Origin: Octopus sinensis
Lineage: Eukaryota
Direction: 5' to 3'
Assembly (NCBI RefSeq): GCF_006345805.1
Contig: NC_042999.1
Span: 6,944,001-7,008,000, forward strand
Length of the DNA stretch: 64,000 nt
Under the pieces are notes generated by a model. That model ran no database searches. It was not told the DNA's origin and saw only the letters and a list, made by a program, of their open reading frames with translations. Below are positions 39,459 to 52,160 of this stretch, one piece after another. Made by a program: the position numbers and the translations under genes. How positions within the stretch are numbered: the first letter of the stretch is position 1; every line of letters starts with the position of its first letter.

Positions 39459-39896
39459 CATGCCGGCGGGAAATAACGTCACTAGGTGAGACAAGCTGAC
39501 ACTGAATTAGCTTCGCTGATTGACAGGTGGCGGTCGTTTAGAGAATGCGTGCGCTAAGACTACGCGCCTTCATTGGTCAGTTAAAGTTGAGACAGTGTCA
39601 CGTGACAACTTGCTGGGGCTGCCTGCTGGAGTCTGGCAGCAGGTATTTAAAGGGAAAAAAATTGACAAGTCAGTCAGTCGCCCGCTGACACTAGTTGACG
39701 CTACATCGAAGAGGCCAGGGAACAGAAGAAAGAAGAAGAAAGAAGACATGCACCCAACACCAGAGCTGAAGACACGTCAAAACGGTAGAGGAGTTGGGGC
39801 TGAAACCGGACGTGGTTCCTCCTGATGATGTCTTGCGCTAACTGGATCCTATAAAGGAGCTGTTGTGGTAGCTGGATAATTTTCTTTTCTGAAATC

Positions 39897-40347
39897 GAGG
39901 GTAGGCTGAAGAGTTCATAGGTTTACTGTGAAGAGTGATGCTAGCGCTGTGGAAGCTTGCATTCATTGATTTCAAACCCCTCTTATTAATAACTGCATTG
40001 TTTCCCCCCCTGCTAAAATGACATCTGAGTGTACAAAGAAGACTTCAGAAGTAACTAGTAGCAACGTCTCTTGAAAAAGACAAAATTTGGCATTGTGGTA
40101 TTACCAAATATCTGCTGGAAAGAGTTTAGCCTCCAACAACATTCATGTTGACATGGTTGCTACGTTAAGGAGATGACGCTCCAGCTTTATCAACCGTGCA
40201 AAAGTAAGCAGCTGGATTTAGGATGGGAGGCGAGAGTCTTGAAGATGATCCAAGGTTTGGACGTCCTCCAGTTTCTACCACCGAGGAAAACATTGATCGC
40301 GTTCATCACATGGTGATGGACAACAAACGATTAACTATCACTCAGAT
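39897..40347 (+). mobile_element. Mariner 5' relic (TIR plus HTH)
   Basis: GAGGGTAGGCTGAAGAGTTCATAGG terminus; ...ESLEDDPRFGRPPVSTTEENIDRVHHMVMDNKRLTITQI. Confidence 0.75.
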
Positions 40348-41299
40348 AACCAATGAAGGAATTATTTTTTTCTGCGAATTCCTACATCTCTGACCATTTG
40401 TTTGGTGTGTGTTCAAGCATTTCAGAAACATTGCATTGTTTTCAGAAAAGTAGCATAAAAATGAGAATTCATTTCCGTATGTGGAATTTGGTTGTCCCCC
40501 CCGTCTAGATGCATGAATGCATCGAAGCATACAAACACTAATATACGACACTGTCTCATACTTATGTCTGTTAAAATGTGTTGAAAGTTTTACTCTAATA
40601 AGTCATTGATTAAATATGTTAGATTTCAGTGCATCAGTTCGCCATTCCTTGTAGAATCACCATTAAATGCCATTACTACACATTGCAGTATAAACTAGAC
40701 AACTCTTAGTAACCTGTTCTAGTTGATAATTCGTTTTCTTTCATTCCAGATAGAAACATCGATGCCTTTACCTTTTCTTTAAATGTGTTTGTTTGGGCGC
40801 TACTCCGTTCGTATTACGCAATGGTCGCTAATACAATTGGAACTGGAATGCTATCTGGAAGCCATTTGCGAAAGAAATGGAATTGTTATTTGTGTATAAC
40901 CTTTACATTGTTCAAGAGCAGCTGGGATTGTTGCATCACGTACAAATATTTAAATTTAAGATATTGGAAATCCTGGTATTTCTCTCCATTCTTATTTATT
41001 GAAAGAGGAAATTTATCTGCTCGAGAGAAAGCGTTGTTTTAATTTATAGATCAACAGTTTATTAATTTGTCGGAGGAGTAACAGCATGGCTGACCTTTAC
41101 AGACCTTCCTAAACTTGGTGAGAACAATGCGGTGGATGTTTAGCAGTTAATTGATAGAGTTAACATTAGTAATAGAGAAACTGAATTTATTTTTAACACA
41201 CTCCTGAAATTAATATTTCATAAAACACACATACATACTTACATATACTTACATACCAACACACACACGGGCAAATATGTATGTATACATACGTATGTA

Positions 41300-41447
<148 letters not shown>

Positions 41448-42541
41448 TGTATGTTTTGTAGTTATGTATGTATGTATATAGCAAGGAGATTATTGACATA
41501 CAAGCTCATGAAAGACACTTAAAAATATAGAAACAAACTATACAGAAATATAGATGTATTTCTAGAAAAGGTCGTCTTGACCTTTTGGTTATTTAAAATA
41601 CAATAGCAAAAGGATAAAGATTTTCACCAACTGAAAAATATTTTATACATTTCTCTCTCTCTCTCTCTCTCTCTCACTCTCTCTCTCCCCCTCTCTCTCT
41701 CTCTATGATGTCATCATTCCATCTGCTGTTATTTAATCTACACCAAACCAAAAACCAAACCTGTTTTTAAATCAAAACCTATAAAGTGCACAATGTTTCA
41801 ACTGTGCTATGCGATTTGGAAATTTAAAACTGAAATTATGACAAGCAACAAATAGTGAAGTTCGATGTTGGAAATGAAGATATAACTATAATCTGATAAA
41901 ATAAAAATGTTCTTTAAACTAGAATTGTTACACTTTATTACAAAATTGTGTGACTGCGCCATAATAAATACAAATATCATTGCATTATTCGAGAATTAAA
42001 TTTTGCACAAACCTCATTAATTCTGCACACACATGAATCTGAGCGTTCGATGCTGTCTTTGCTGAAATATTTTATGTTAGATGAAGGAAATCAACTCATA
42101 AACTCGCACGCTTTTCCATCTGAAATTACTAATCAACCGGTTGTATATCATGTTGCTTTTCTCTCTGACTTTAATAAAACAATCATCAATATTGTTTCTT
42201 TAAACATTTGTCACAGAACGAGTGATATCTAAATTCAAATTCAAAATCATTTATACACATCTCGAAGAATGACTCACTTCGTTATAAATTATATTATTTA
42301 CAATGAATGATCGGGACATGTCATGCGACGTTGGAGTTGAATCTTTGAGATTATGAACAAGGAAAAAGACAAATTATAGAGAGAAAGTACTTTAATGAGG
42401 GTCACTTAATCCATGGATCACTTGTGGTATTGGAAACTGCCATTGAAGCTGGTTGATTGGTTGATATTTAGAGTTCCCGCATTTAAAGATATATATATAT
42501 ATATATATATAATATATATATATATATATGCACACACACAC

Positions 42542-42661
<120 letters not shown>

Positions 42662-42756
42662 CTATAAGGATAAGATTGATATTTAAAATACCGATCTAAT
42701 CAGGTCGCCAGCATGGGAATAAAAACCTTTCAAAGGTAATAATTATTTAAAATTAC

Positions 42757-42921
42757 AATTTAGGGTATCTAAGAGATACCACCACGCTTGAAATAGCAGT
42801 CAAAACTTGCCTCTAAAACCACATTAAATGTTCGTTCATATATGAACATTTAATGTGGTTTTAGAGTCAATGCTTTGACTGCTATTTCAAGCGTGGTGGT
42901 ATCTCTTAGATACCCTAAATT
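42757..42921. repeat. Near-perfect 165-bp palindrome
   Basis: Arms 42757-42833 and 42844-42921; single-arm homologue at 43719-43800. Confidence 0.9.
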
Positions 42922-43547
42922 ATGTTTTAATATATATATGTACTCTACTTACTTTCAAGTAATTGCTGTAATAAACCTGAAACTAAGATAACACATTAAC
43001 TCATTAGTTTACAATAGCGAAGATCGGTGAAAGAAGTGATGCGCGAGTCCTCTCTTCGTGTAGAGATCAACAGACGCTGGCTGTTCCGTTTTCATATGTT
43101 TAGGTTGTGCTTCATTTCGTTTGAAGAATTTTCGATTTGTTTGGCTTGTGCTGTTGGTCGCAGATTCAACAAACGTACACACCATTCCTTATATCACCAA
43201 AGTCACCAGTTTGACCTCATAATTTTGAAAAGGACTCCAATTGCTATCGATGCTGACCTTTTCTCTGATTAATTAAGAAATTAATTTTATATCTTCCCCT
43301 GTTTACATGTTTTCTTGTCTAATCTGAATTTTCGTCAGATTTTCGTGGACATTTGACCTTTATTTAGCCATACTTTCCTGAGAAGTGACAACACAACTAA
43401 ATATTGTCTTGCGTTTGCGACGTCTTTCTTCTAATTTCGAGACCGATAGTGAATATAAATTCAGTTTTGGCTTTGACAAAAGCCACCGAACACAGGCTTT
43501 GGTTCCTTGTGGCTAACAGGGATTTAACATAGAATATTTGTACGGCC

Positions 43548-43683
43548 AGTTTGCTTCTCAACCACTTGGTACCAGGTTCAGTCCCACTGTGTGACACCTA
43601 GGGCAAGTGTCTTTCATTATAGCCTCTGGCCGACCAAAGCCATGTAAGTGGGTTTGGTAGACGGAAACGGACAGAGGCCCATC

Positions 43684-43726
<43 letters not shown>

Positions 43727-43855
43727 AATTTGGGTATCTACGAGATACCACCATGCTGGAAATAGCAGCCATGATCTGACTCTAAAACCACCTTAATCTG
43801 TCAGTCTCATGTATATATATATATATATACACACACACAATATATATATATATAT

Positions 43856-43913
<58 letters not shown>

Positions 43914-44046
43914 TATATATATATGAGACCGAGAGAATAAGTACCACACTTAAATAGTAAGTACGGGAGTCGATTCGTTCGACTAAAACACTGCAAGGCG
44001 GCGCCCCAGCATGGCCGCAGTCAAATGACTGAAACAAGTAAAAGAT
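43548..44046 (+). mobile_element. SINE family 2 interrupted inside its microsatellite
   Basis: Head 43548-43685, (TA)n containing the palindrome-arm fragment, tail 43925-44046. Confidence 0.8.
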
Positions 44047-44649
44047 TTAAAAAAATATTATTTCAAACCTTATTTTCTTTTTCTGTCTTTGTTTGGTTTC
44101 ATTTGATTCTGTTGATGTAAAATAGAGAAAAGATATTGTTTACATTATCACAAATTACCAGCTGCTATAGTTAATATTTTCCGTTCTTGTATAGCATACA
44201 TTGCAGCTTGTAATCTTATCGCGACTAGTATTAGTCAAGTCCACATTGTTATTTTTCGTATTGAATTGCTTTACGTTGTCGCTGCTGTTATAACAATGGA
44301 GGTTATAAATCGTAATAAATTCTCAACGCTGTCGTAAGTTAAAATATGTCTAGAACTGACTGTTAAGTAAACGATATTATATTGCTTAAGAAGCTTCATA
44401 AACTCCTGGGCATTTCATATTGTGATTCTGGTCAATTATAATTTATATTACTCCTGCTAGCATGAAGATCACTGTCGATTCTGTTATGGCATTAATTTAT
44501 TAGTTCGAGTCTGTGGTAGAGGTCGTTGATATAGGTTAACATTTGGTTATTTTAAAATATATATTGCGTTACACGATATTACCCCTACTCGTGGTAATAT
44601 ACTATAGTATAACACAAGAAAGCTTCCGTCGACATACGGTTTTAATGTA

Positions 44650-45215
44650 TTGGGTTGTCCGGAAAGTTCGTGCCGATTTTTAAAGGAAAGAAAAAGGTCA
44701 ATAAATACTAGCCATTACATTTTTAATCAGCCAAATATGAACCATTTTGTTGCACAATGCGTCTCCATCTTTCCTTTAACTTGAAAATACCCTCTTCTCA
44801 GAATTGAGGTGGTTTCATTGCAAGGAATCCATCAAGGTATCTTTTTACGTCATCCAAGGAATTGAAATTTTTACCATTAAGACTATTCTGCAGGGACCTG
44901 AATAAGTGGAAATCCGAATGAGCAATATCTGGTGGATATGGAAGGTGGGGTAACACATCCCAGCCGAGCTGCAGCAATTTTTGTCTGGTTCCCAAATCAT
45001 CAAGTGCTGAAAATGAACTTTCTTATCTTCGATTTTAAAGGGTTACAAAATTAACACAGGTTATGGGAACATAAACCTTCTTCCACGAAAAGATAACTTA
45101 AACTGTGCTCTAAATGGAGGTGTAGTCAAATCCTATGTTATGGACTCAACCATGTTCTAATATAAGTCGAAAGGTAAGCTACTATAAATCGGCACGAACT
45201 TTCCGGACAACCCAA
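44650..45215 (-). mobile_element. Internally deleted mariner (566 bp)
   Basis: Perfect 30-bp TIRs TTGGGTTGTCCGGAAAGTTCGTGCCGATTT; residual LGWDVLPHLPYPPDIAHSDFHLFRSLQN. Confidence 0.92.
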
Positions 45216-46338
45216 TCGTAATGTGTTCCTGGGTGTAAGTCAGTATGTGAGCTGGATGAGGTTTACGCTGTAGTGGGCCTGTTTGGAGGGGTTAACATAT
45301 TTTAACTCTCAACCTATATATCATTAGAATATCATTTGTTCACCTACGCGTAATTCCGTGTTGTCCCACAAATATATTGTGTTATTGGCAACTCACCAGC
45401 AAAGCATGTCCTCTCTCTTTCATGTAAAATTAGTTTACACGAACGAACGGCGTTCGGCATTGTAGCTACGCACAAAATCAATACGTTGGCATAATTTTGA
45501 AAGCTTCCATTGTTTTCTACACCAAATTGAATGTAACAAAATGCCGTTTCATTTAACCCATACATTATTCTTAAATAGAATTGCCTCACTCTATCTTTTA
45601 GATCATGTTATGGTGTAGATTCTTATCTTCCAGAATTACTTCTATATCCCTGTTTCGGCTTTTGATATTGCGTTGCAGAGGTTCCAAAACATTTGAAACA
45701 AAATATACATTTTCTGAGAACCTCTAACCCGCGTTACGTTCACTCAACGACAATATGAAATAATCCATCTTTTACAAACGAACAAAATCTAATTTGCTTC
45801 AAGTAGCAACATAATTCATTACAAGAATAAAGAACTGAGTCAGAAAATGAATTCCTACAAATATAATAAGAATATATAATGAATTCTTATCGATATTCTA
45901 GTTTGGCTTGACTAGAATTAATAATAAGCTTTGACCGGAAGACGTATTTCGTGATCTGTCACGGCAGCCTATTGGCTGGAATATTCTATTAGATTATTCA
46001 CAGATAGCAAATATTTCAGTGGTGAAAAGAAAGCTCTTTAAAATATAATCTACAATATAGATTTGTTTGCATTTCAATGTGTTCATATAAAAAAGTTATT
46101 AATAATAAATAATTTCGCGGGAATACGGTTATTAATTATAAACTTAAACAATAATGTGAAGATTATCCTGAAAGCACCTCTTATGCTTTTCGCTTATAAA
46201 ACTCAGAAAATAAAAAGATTAAGAGAATATTTTAAAATTATGATTGCAAAAAGAGGAAATATGGAGTGTACAATGAAGCCAACATTTTGTAGATTATTTT
46301 CTAACAATGATGGTGTTTTGACTTACATATCCATATTT

Positions 46339-46479
46339 GTTTCAAATTTTGGCACAAGGCCTGCAGTTTTGGGGAAGGGGTAAATCCATTATATCGATCC
46401 CAGTGCTTAACTGGTGTTTATTTTAGTCAACCCGAAAGAATAAAAGGCCAAGTCGACCTCGGCGGAATTTGAACTCAGA
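46339..46479 (-). mobile_element. SINE family 1 fragment, tail B
   Basis: Core and tail B; head absent. Confidence 0.8.
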
Positions 46480-46489
46480 GTGCCAAAAA

Positions 46490-47300
46490 CGTCGCAGTAG
46501 AACTCCCGATTTACTGCCAGACCTTGAGGGGTGAATTCTTGAGGTGCAAGACCATGGATGTCGAAAACAAGGATTAGCATGCTCTTAATTGAGCTGCGGC
46601 TCTGTCGTGCCTGGCAAGGTCGTGGAGATGAAGGCTTCTTCTATTGTAACGACCACTCTTTCGTCGCCGGGTCGCACCCGTTGACCCAACTCTCGTCACT
46701 GCTAATGATTCTCGACATGAAGGATGGGTCATCAGCAACACGCGGACGGAGATCTTGACATATTTTGGCGCGATGTTCTTTCTGCTCAGTGGTGGGAGGG
46801 CGGGGGACAAACTTGGAGGAGACACGCCGAATGTCCAGTTCAGACGTTAGGATTTCCTGCACGGACTTATACAACAGACCAACAACATCAGCAATGTTGC
46901 TGATTGTCCTCCTCCGATCCTCATACAGAAGCGGATGAGTTTTCTCCACATGGGGTGACGCTAGTGGCAGCTCTCCCAGGTTTCTTATCGCCTTCAAATG
47001 ATGTTCTTCTGCTTTTAAAGATTCCTTGCCACTCAAAACAATGCGTACGACCAATTTTCGCGTCACCGTAAGCTTGCCGAAGAATGCTCAATGTCTCTGT
47101 AGCAGACTTCCAATGTTTATCGCAAAATTTCACTTTAGCTCTTTGTTCCAACTTTTTGTCCATAATACATACACGCGATCATAAAAACGCAAATTCCACA
47201 ACTTGCGACGTAAACACAGCGGTATCACACAACATACTGCCTCACAAAGTTCACTGCGCACGCAACCGTGTGCTGCTACCTGTTGGCGCGCCACAGAACT
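46490..47300 (-). mobile_element. Mariner transposase N-terminal half, frameshifted
   Basis: MDKKLEQRAKVKFC...SATETLSIL; RRVSSKFVPR; IISSDESWV (first catalytic D). Confidence 0.88.
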
Positions 47301-47370
47301 AGACCGGAAACATTTATATATATACACACACGCACACACATATACATACACACACACACACACACACATA

Positions 47371-47787
47371 TCTTTTATCTTTGCTCGTTTCAGTCATTTG
47401 ACTGCGGCCATGTTGGAGCGCCGCCTTGAAGGTCCTTTTAATTGAGCAAATCGACCCCAGGACTTATTTTTTAAAGCCTCGTGATTATTCTACGGTCTCT
47501 TTTGCCGATGCGCTAGGTTTCAGGGACATAAGCACATAATACCAATGGTCAAGCGGTGGTGGGGGACAAACAATGACACAAAGACACACACACACACACA
47601 TACACACGTGCGCGCGCACGCAAACGCATATATGCGATGGGCTTCCTTCAGTTTCCGCCCACCAAATCCTCCCACAAGGCTTTGGTCGTCTCGAGACTGC
47701 AGTAGAAGAAACTTGACCAAGGTGCAATTCAGTGGGACTGAACCCGAAACCATATTGTTGGGAACCAAGCTTCTTACCACTCAGCCA
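47371..47787 (-). mobile_element. SINE family 2
   Basis: Same head, internal (TG)n and tail as 26909-27326. Confidence 0.85.
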
Positions 47788-47789
47788 GG

Positions 47790-48050
47790 TGTCTGAAGGA
47801 ATCGCCGGATTTCTTCATGTGTCTCTTCAGCACATCCCCGTATCGCAACCTCTGGCCACCGCAGCTCTACCTGCCCTGGCGCAGTTCAACATAGAAATCT
47901 GCCTTAGCAGCATAGAAATCTCCATCTTACAAGCGTAGTACACAGAAATAGCCTGAGACAAAACGAGACACAATACATAGAAACCATACAGAAGTCTGCC
48001 CTTGGGAGCCTGCTGCTCTGCATTTTGCAAGCATGACCCGCGCAGCGCAG
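47790..48050 (-). mobile_element. RTE-like LINE C-terminal relic
   Basis: RLPKGRLLYG [~100-bp insert] ELRQGR*SCGGQRLRYGDVLKRHMK, matching the RTE motif RLPK.LLYGEL..GKR..GGQ.KRYKD.LK. Confidence 0.7.
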
Positions 48051-48679
48051 TTGCGATGCAGTAATGAGGACCTTTAAACTAGCTGCGCCAGTGCAGCGCA
48101 GAACTTTTGTAGCGAAAAATATAATTTAATTATAGACGCATAGAGGAAAGATTCAGCAAAGGAACACAAATAGTACACAGAAATAGCCTGAGATAAAATG
48201 AGGCACAATACATAGAAACCATACACAACGGAATAAAACTCTGCATCAAAAGACTGAACAAAAACATAAATAAAAAGTATAACACAGAGAGAAAAACTGG
48301 TAAATATTTGTATCTAAAAACATCTCAAAAGAAAGAATCCTCCACTATCATGAGAAATTATCGTTATACTTGGAAACAAGAACATTTCATTGTGTCGTAA
48401 TAACAAACCTCATATCACAAACATACACCTAAAACCACCAGGATCTGAAACAATAACGGCATTCACAAACACATACAGATATTCGGATCAACATAATCAA
48501 TTTTCCAGAATGTTGTTTGCTGGTCCAACTTGAAAATCCAATCATTTAAATTGGATGACGTCATTCTTCTGTATACATACATTCTAGCTTAGTTTGTGGC
48601 AAGAAAGACATATATCTTTTGTAAAAGAAAAAAAAAACTGGAAAATTACAATGCATTTTGCACGATGCTCGTTGAGAAA

Positions 48680-49110
48680 TGGATGCCTCGGTTTACTTAG
48701 GGTTAATTAAAAGCAGCTCCTTTAAAAGATTTATTCGTTGTTATGCAGATAAGGACCGGAAGATAAAGTATGTGAAAACTACAGCACATTGGATGCGTAG
48801 GAAAGGAAAGTTATATCAAGGACTTCCACTCGTTGTTTAGAAGATTGATGATAGAATGATCGATAAAAGATTGGGAATTGGTTAAGGTCCATCCACGCAT
48901 TGCACGGCCATGTTTCGTCGTGCGACATTCATGAGAGGTGGTCAGAAGTGGTGGAGGCAGTACAATGACCATGGTGCGTCACGTGAATGTTTTCAGAGCA
49001 GCTAAAGCAACCATCGTTAGTATTGTGTTCTTTAGTAATACCCAGCAGCAAGCCGGCCCCTTGGTGTCCGTGAGAGTCACAAACAACTGACCAAGTGTGA
49101 ACGCATTCGC
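48680..49110 (+). pseudogene. Possible Gypsy-type integrase (Ginger/GIN-like) relic
   Basis: KGKLYQGLPLVV*...GIG*GPSTHCTAM...KWW...ECFQ resembles an integrase H2C2 region; heavily decayed. Confidence 0.35.
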
Positions 49111-49212
49111 AGTACTGTAAAAAGAAGTAACTTATTAAAATTTTACGGAGAAACAAATATTTATTCGAAAGTTTTCTTCAGAGGGATTTTAAAAATGGAG
49201 AATCAGCATTTT

Positions 49213-49456
49213 CATACACACATACATACACACATACACACATACATACATACATACATACATACATACATAATACATACATACATACATACATAATACA
49301 TACATACATACATACATACATAATACATACATACATACATACATAATACATACATACATACACACATGCATACATACATACATACATACATACATACATA
49401 CATACATAATACATACATACATACATACATAATACATACATACATACACACATGCA

Positions 49457-49490
<34 letters not shown>

Positions 49491-49545
49491 CATACATACA
49501 TACATACATACATACATACATACATACATACATACATACATACAT
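49213..49545. repeat. (CATA)n array
   Basis: Direct inspection. Confidence 0.95.
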
Positions 49546-50181
49546 GTATGACTGATCGATCAGGGTTGATCTGGTGCCACCAAAGTTTTGAGAAATATGA
49601 AAGAGATGATAGATACGATGGTGACAGTCATAAGACTTGCAAAACCACAGAACCAAATACAGTATATACAATGTATGGTAGAATGTAAATCTTCTGGCAA
49701 ATAATAAGGTAGAATGAAAGAAAAATACAAGGTATAAAAATGAAATCATATATAAATATAATTTGAACAACCAACGCAAAATGTTTTTGAATCCAGAAAT
49801 ATCAAAGTTTCTCGTCAGAGGGAGAGAAGGGGGGGGATAAATGAGAGAAAGAGAAGCGTGTACGGTAGAACTGTAAGCTTCAGGCCATTAGTGAGCACAA
49901 ATGGAACGGAAATTAAAATAAAATCAAATTTCAAATTAATACAGTGAAATGAAAGCTCCAAAACGAAGTAAATTATCATCATGGATGTAATTCAGAAGGG
50001 TTCGGGGAGAAAAGCAGAACATCGTGTAAAGTGTAATTTGAGTGTGTGAGTGTGTGTGTGTGTGTGTGTGTCTGTGTCTGTGTGTGTGTGTGTGTGTGTG
50101 TGTCTGTGTGTGTGAATATATGTTTACATGCACATATAGATACAGATAGCTAAATGCCATTTATGTATGCAATATGATATA

Positions 50182-50216
<35 letters not shown>

Positions 50217-50544
50217 CATATATGTATATACGTGAGTGTATGTATGTATACATGTATAGAATGGCGAAATAACAAAAGACTAATGAGGAATTAATTAATT
50301 AATTCCATCTTTTACATACATTTTAAAAGTTGAAATTCGTGATTGCTGTTTCGTCTGAAAGTAAACAGTTAAGCGAATACTAACCCTCATACAATTACTA
50401 CTAATGAAGACATTAACAGACAGCACACACACACACGCGCGCGCACATACACACACACACAGAGGCACACACACACGCATACACACACACGAACAGGCAC
50501 ACACACATACACATACGCACATACGCATATATGCATATAAGATC

Positions 50545-50662
50545 CATGTGTTGTTGAGTTCGGTCCCACTGCGTTGCACCTTGAGCAAGTATTTTTACTA
50601 TAACCCCAGGCTAAACAAAGATCTGTGGGTGGATTTGGTGGACGGAAACTGAACGTGCGCCG

Positions 50663-50665
<3 letters not shown>
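50545..50665 (+). mobile_element. SINE family 2 head fragment
   Basis: GAGTTCGGTCCCACTGCGTTGCACCTTGAGCAAG...GGATTTGGTGGACGGAAAC followed by (TA)n. Confidence 0.8.
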
Positions 50666-50727
<62 letters not shown>

Positions 50728-50732
50728 ATATA

Positions 50733-51273
50733 TGTATAACGGGAAGCTTTATGAAAATAAACAAAAGACGAAGGCAGGTGGAGTACAGACAAACAATTGT
50801 ATTAGTATGGCGCTCAGGGATATAAATAAAACAAGTCTTTTATGTTTCGAGCCTACGCTCTTCAACAGAAAGATACACAGAAAAGAAACACGGAGAGAAA
50901 CAAGGAGAGAGAAAAAAACAAATGCGTGCAGAAGCTAGCGATTCAACATGGCGATAATTGTCAAATAGGACAACAAACGGTAAGGCAAGGCAGACATCTC
51001 AAGTCTCAAGTTATTATTATTGGAAAATTCAGTCTTACAGCTGTTTCTGGGATATCCCAGAGTATGGGATATTCCGTCATTGGAGACAAATAGGGAAAAT
51101 GAGAAGGGTATAGATTAATGACGACTATATATATCCGCTATATCGGAAATCTGCAATGGTTCCATACCTACCGTCTCGGCTACAACCGTGGAGCCCTACT
51201 AATCCGTTACAGCACGTACCTTGCATACCTAATCGTATGGGCCACCTGTGCACTATAAACCTCCATACTTAGC

Positions 51274-51275
<2 letters not shown>
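50733..51275 (-). mobile_element. (TA)n-flanked Penelope-type short element with hammerhead relic
   Basis: TA tracts on both sides; hammerhead topology at 50836-50873. Confidence 0.45.
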
Positions 51276-51315
<40 letters not shown>

Positions 51316-51324
51316 GGCTCTTTC

Positions 51325-51576
51325 TTCCTTCTCGCCCCATGCCTGGCTCATAAGGGCAGGTTTCCCGGTTCCATTGGCGCATAGGTTCCCCACCGGGACG
51401 GGACGCCCGTTCAGTCGCAGATGAGCTCTTACATGCCGGAGAGAAATTTGTAGCGAGTCAACAAAGGCTCGCCATTACCTTCTGCCGGAGTCGCGTGGAG
51501 CTTAGGTGTGTTAAACACACACACACATCTCCCGCTCTGAGATTCGAGCCCGCGATCCCTCGACCACGAGTCTGCT
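51325..51576 (-). mobile_element. SINE family 3
   Basis: Aligns with 13441-13737. Confidence 0.8.
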
Positions 51577-51802
51577 GGAGTGATTCATGTTTCTGTGACA
51601 TCTTTGTCCACTTGCTTAAACTTTATTGCATTGGGAGCGTCCAAATTGTCTTCACGCCTCGATTCTATTCTGCAAACTAGTCAGCTGTGACAAGCAGTGT
51701 TTAGTAGGAGGCTGTGTTCAAAGTGCCGTTACCGCCGCCGTCTCCAGAAACCTGGAATAACTAAAGGTTGGCAGGTCAGCTTATTAGATGTATAAACGAT
51801 GT

Positions 51803-52160
51803 CATAAATAGAGAATACCAAACTCATTCCCTATGGATACCGTATTTATTACAACGAGTGGCTTGTAAACGTATCTAACTCGCTTTCGCTCGTTAGTTAC
51901 GTTTACAAGCCACGAGTTGTAATAAATACGGTATCCATAGGGAATGAGTTTGCTATTTTATTTATTACACACGAATAAACGACCATATTTTATTAAGCCA
52001 ATAACTAAATTCTTCACGTTTAGTTGTAACTTATGAATGACAAAAGTAGTGCCGTTACCGTGACCTCAAGTCATCACCATGGATTGACCAATCAGAAGCA
52101 GCGCTGTCACCGTGACCTCGGGTCATCACCATGGATTGACCAATCAGAAGCAGCGCTAGC
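51803..52160. mobile_element. Hairpin MITE-like element with CCAAT tandem repeat
   Basis: 61-bp arms at 51819-51879 and 51892-51952; 52-bp tandem repeat at 52057-52157. Confidence 0.7.

Noticed and set aside
39790-39835. Hammerhead-like GAAACC..GGTT..CTGATGA downstream of the HERO fragment
   Set aside because: Only 4 nt separate the cleavage triplet from CUGAUGA, and no stem II partner was found.
40785-41042. 85-aa ORF after an acceptor-like site
   Set aside because: No recognisable homology or convincing donor; the opposite strand is equally coding-like with stops.
49000-49115. PIF1/Helitron helicase motif on the minus strand (AFTLGQLFVTLT)
   Set aside because: No upstream helicase motifs and no CTAG end; conflicts with the plus-strand integrase-like reading. 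Kept only as an alternative.
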